Assembly (NCBI RefSeq): GCF_004010195.1 | Contig: NC_057755.1 | Span: forward strand, 3,564,938 to 3,599,304 | Direction: 5' to 3' | DNA from: Chiloscyllium plagiosum | Lineage: Eukaryota | Length of the DNA: 34,367 nt | Part shown: positions 34,151 through 34,367 of the stretch, piece after piece | Layout of the letters: each line of letters opens with the position of its first letter | Position numbering within the stretch: the first letter of the stretch is position 1 | Notes under the pieces: generated by a model | The model's database searches: none | The model's input: only the letters and a program-made list of their open reading frames with translations | Told to the model about the DNA's origin: nothing | Translations under genes and position numbers: made by a program

Positions 34151-34367
34151 AGAACAGAGAGCGAGAAAAGGAGAGCGAGGGGGAGAAATAAAAGGACAGA
34201 GAGAGAGAGAAAGGGAAAGACTTGGAGAGAGAGAGAGGGGGAGACAGAAAAGGGCACTGTGCGTGTTTGTGTATGTGAGAGAGAGAAAGAGGGAGAGAGA
34301 GAGAGGAAGAGACAGAGGACAGAGAGAGAGAGGGAAGGTCAGAAAGGAAGGGGGGAAGAGAGAGGGG
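34150..34367. repeat. GA-rich low-complexity tract
   Basis: Direct inspection. Confidence 0.9.

Overview
Eukaryotic, repeat-saturated vertebrate DNA. The repeat families suggest a cartilaginous fish (shark); this is inference. I can support no intact host protein-coding gene. Contents: an ~8.9 kb 39-bp satellite array (473-9387), which generates most of the spurious ORFs; many nested, decayed CR1 LINE fragments; several Penelope-like element (PLE, RT plus GIY-YIG) fragments; Rex1/Babar and L1/Tx1 remnants; two N-gaps; a CpG-rich promoter-like segment (~32.2-32.5 kb); and a 52-bp x15 minisatellite. Most interesting signals: (i) a short PLE terminal module carrying a minimal type-I hammerhead-ribozyme core (CUGANGA-A-stem II-GAAACGUC) that recurs as four tiny fold-back (inverted) insertions, three with 14-15 bp target-site duplications and a ~35-40 nt unpaired tail; (ii) the 52-bp minisatellite is an amplified piece of CR1 ORF2 (the SSLD..VPEDWRI motif). 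Element boundaries are read by eye and are approximate.
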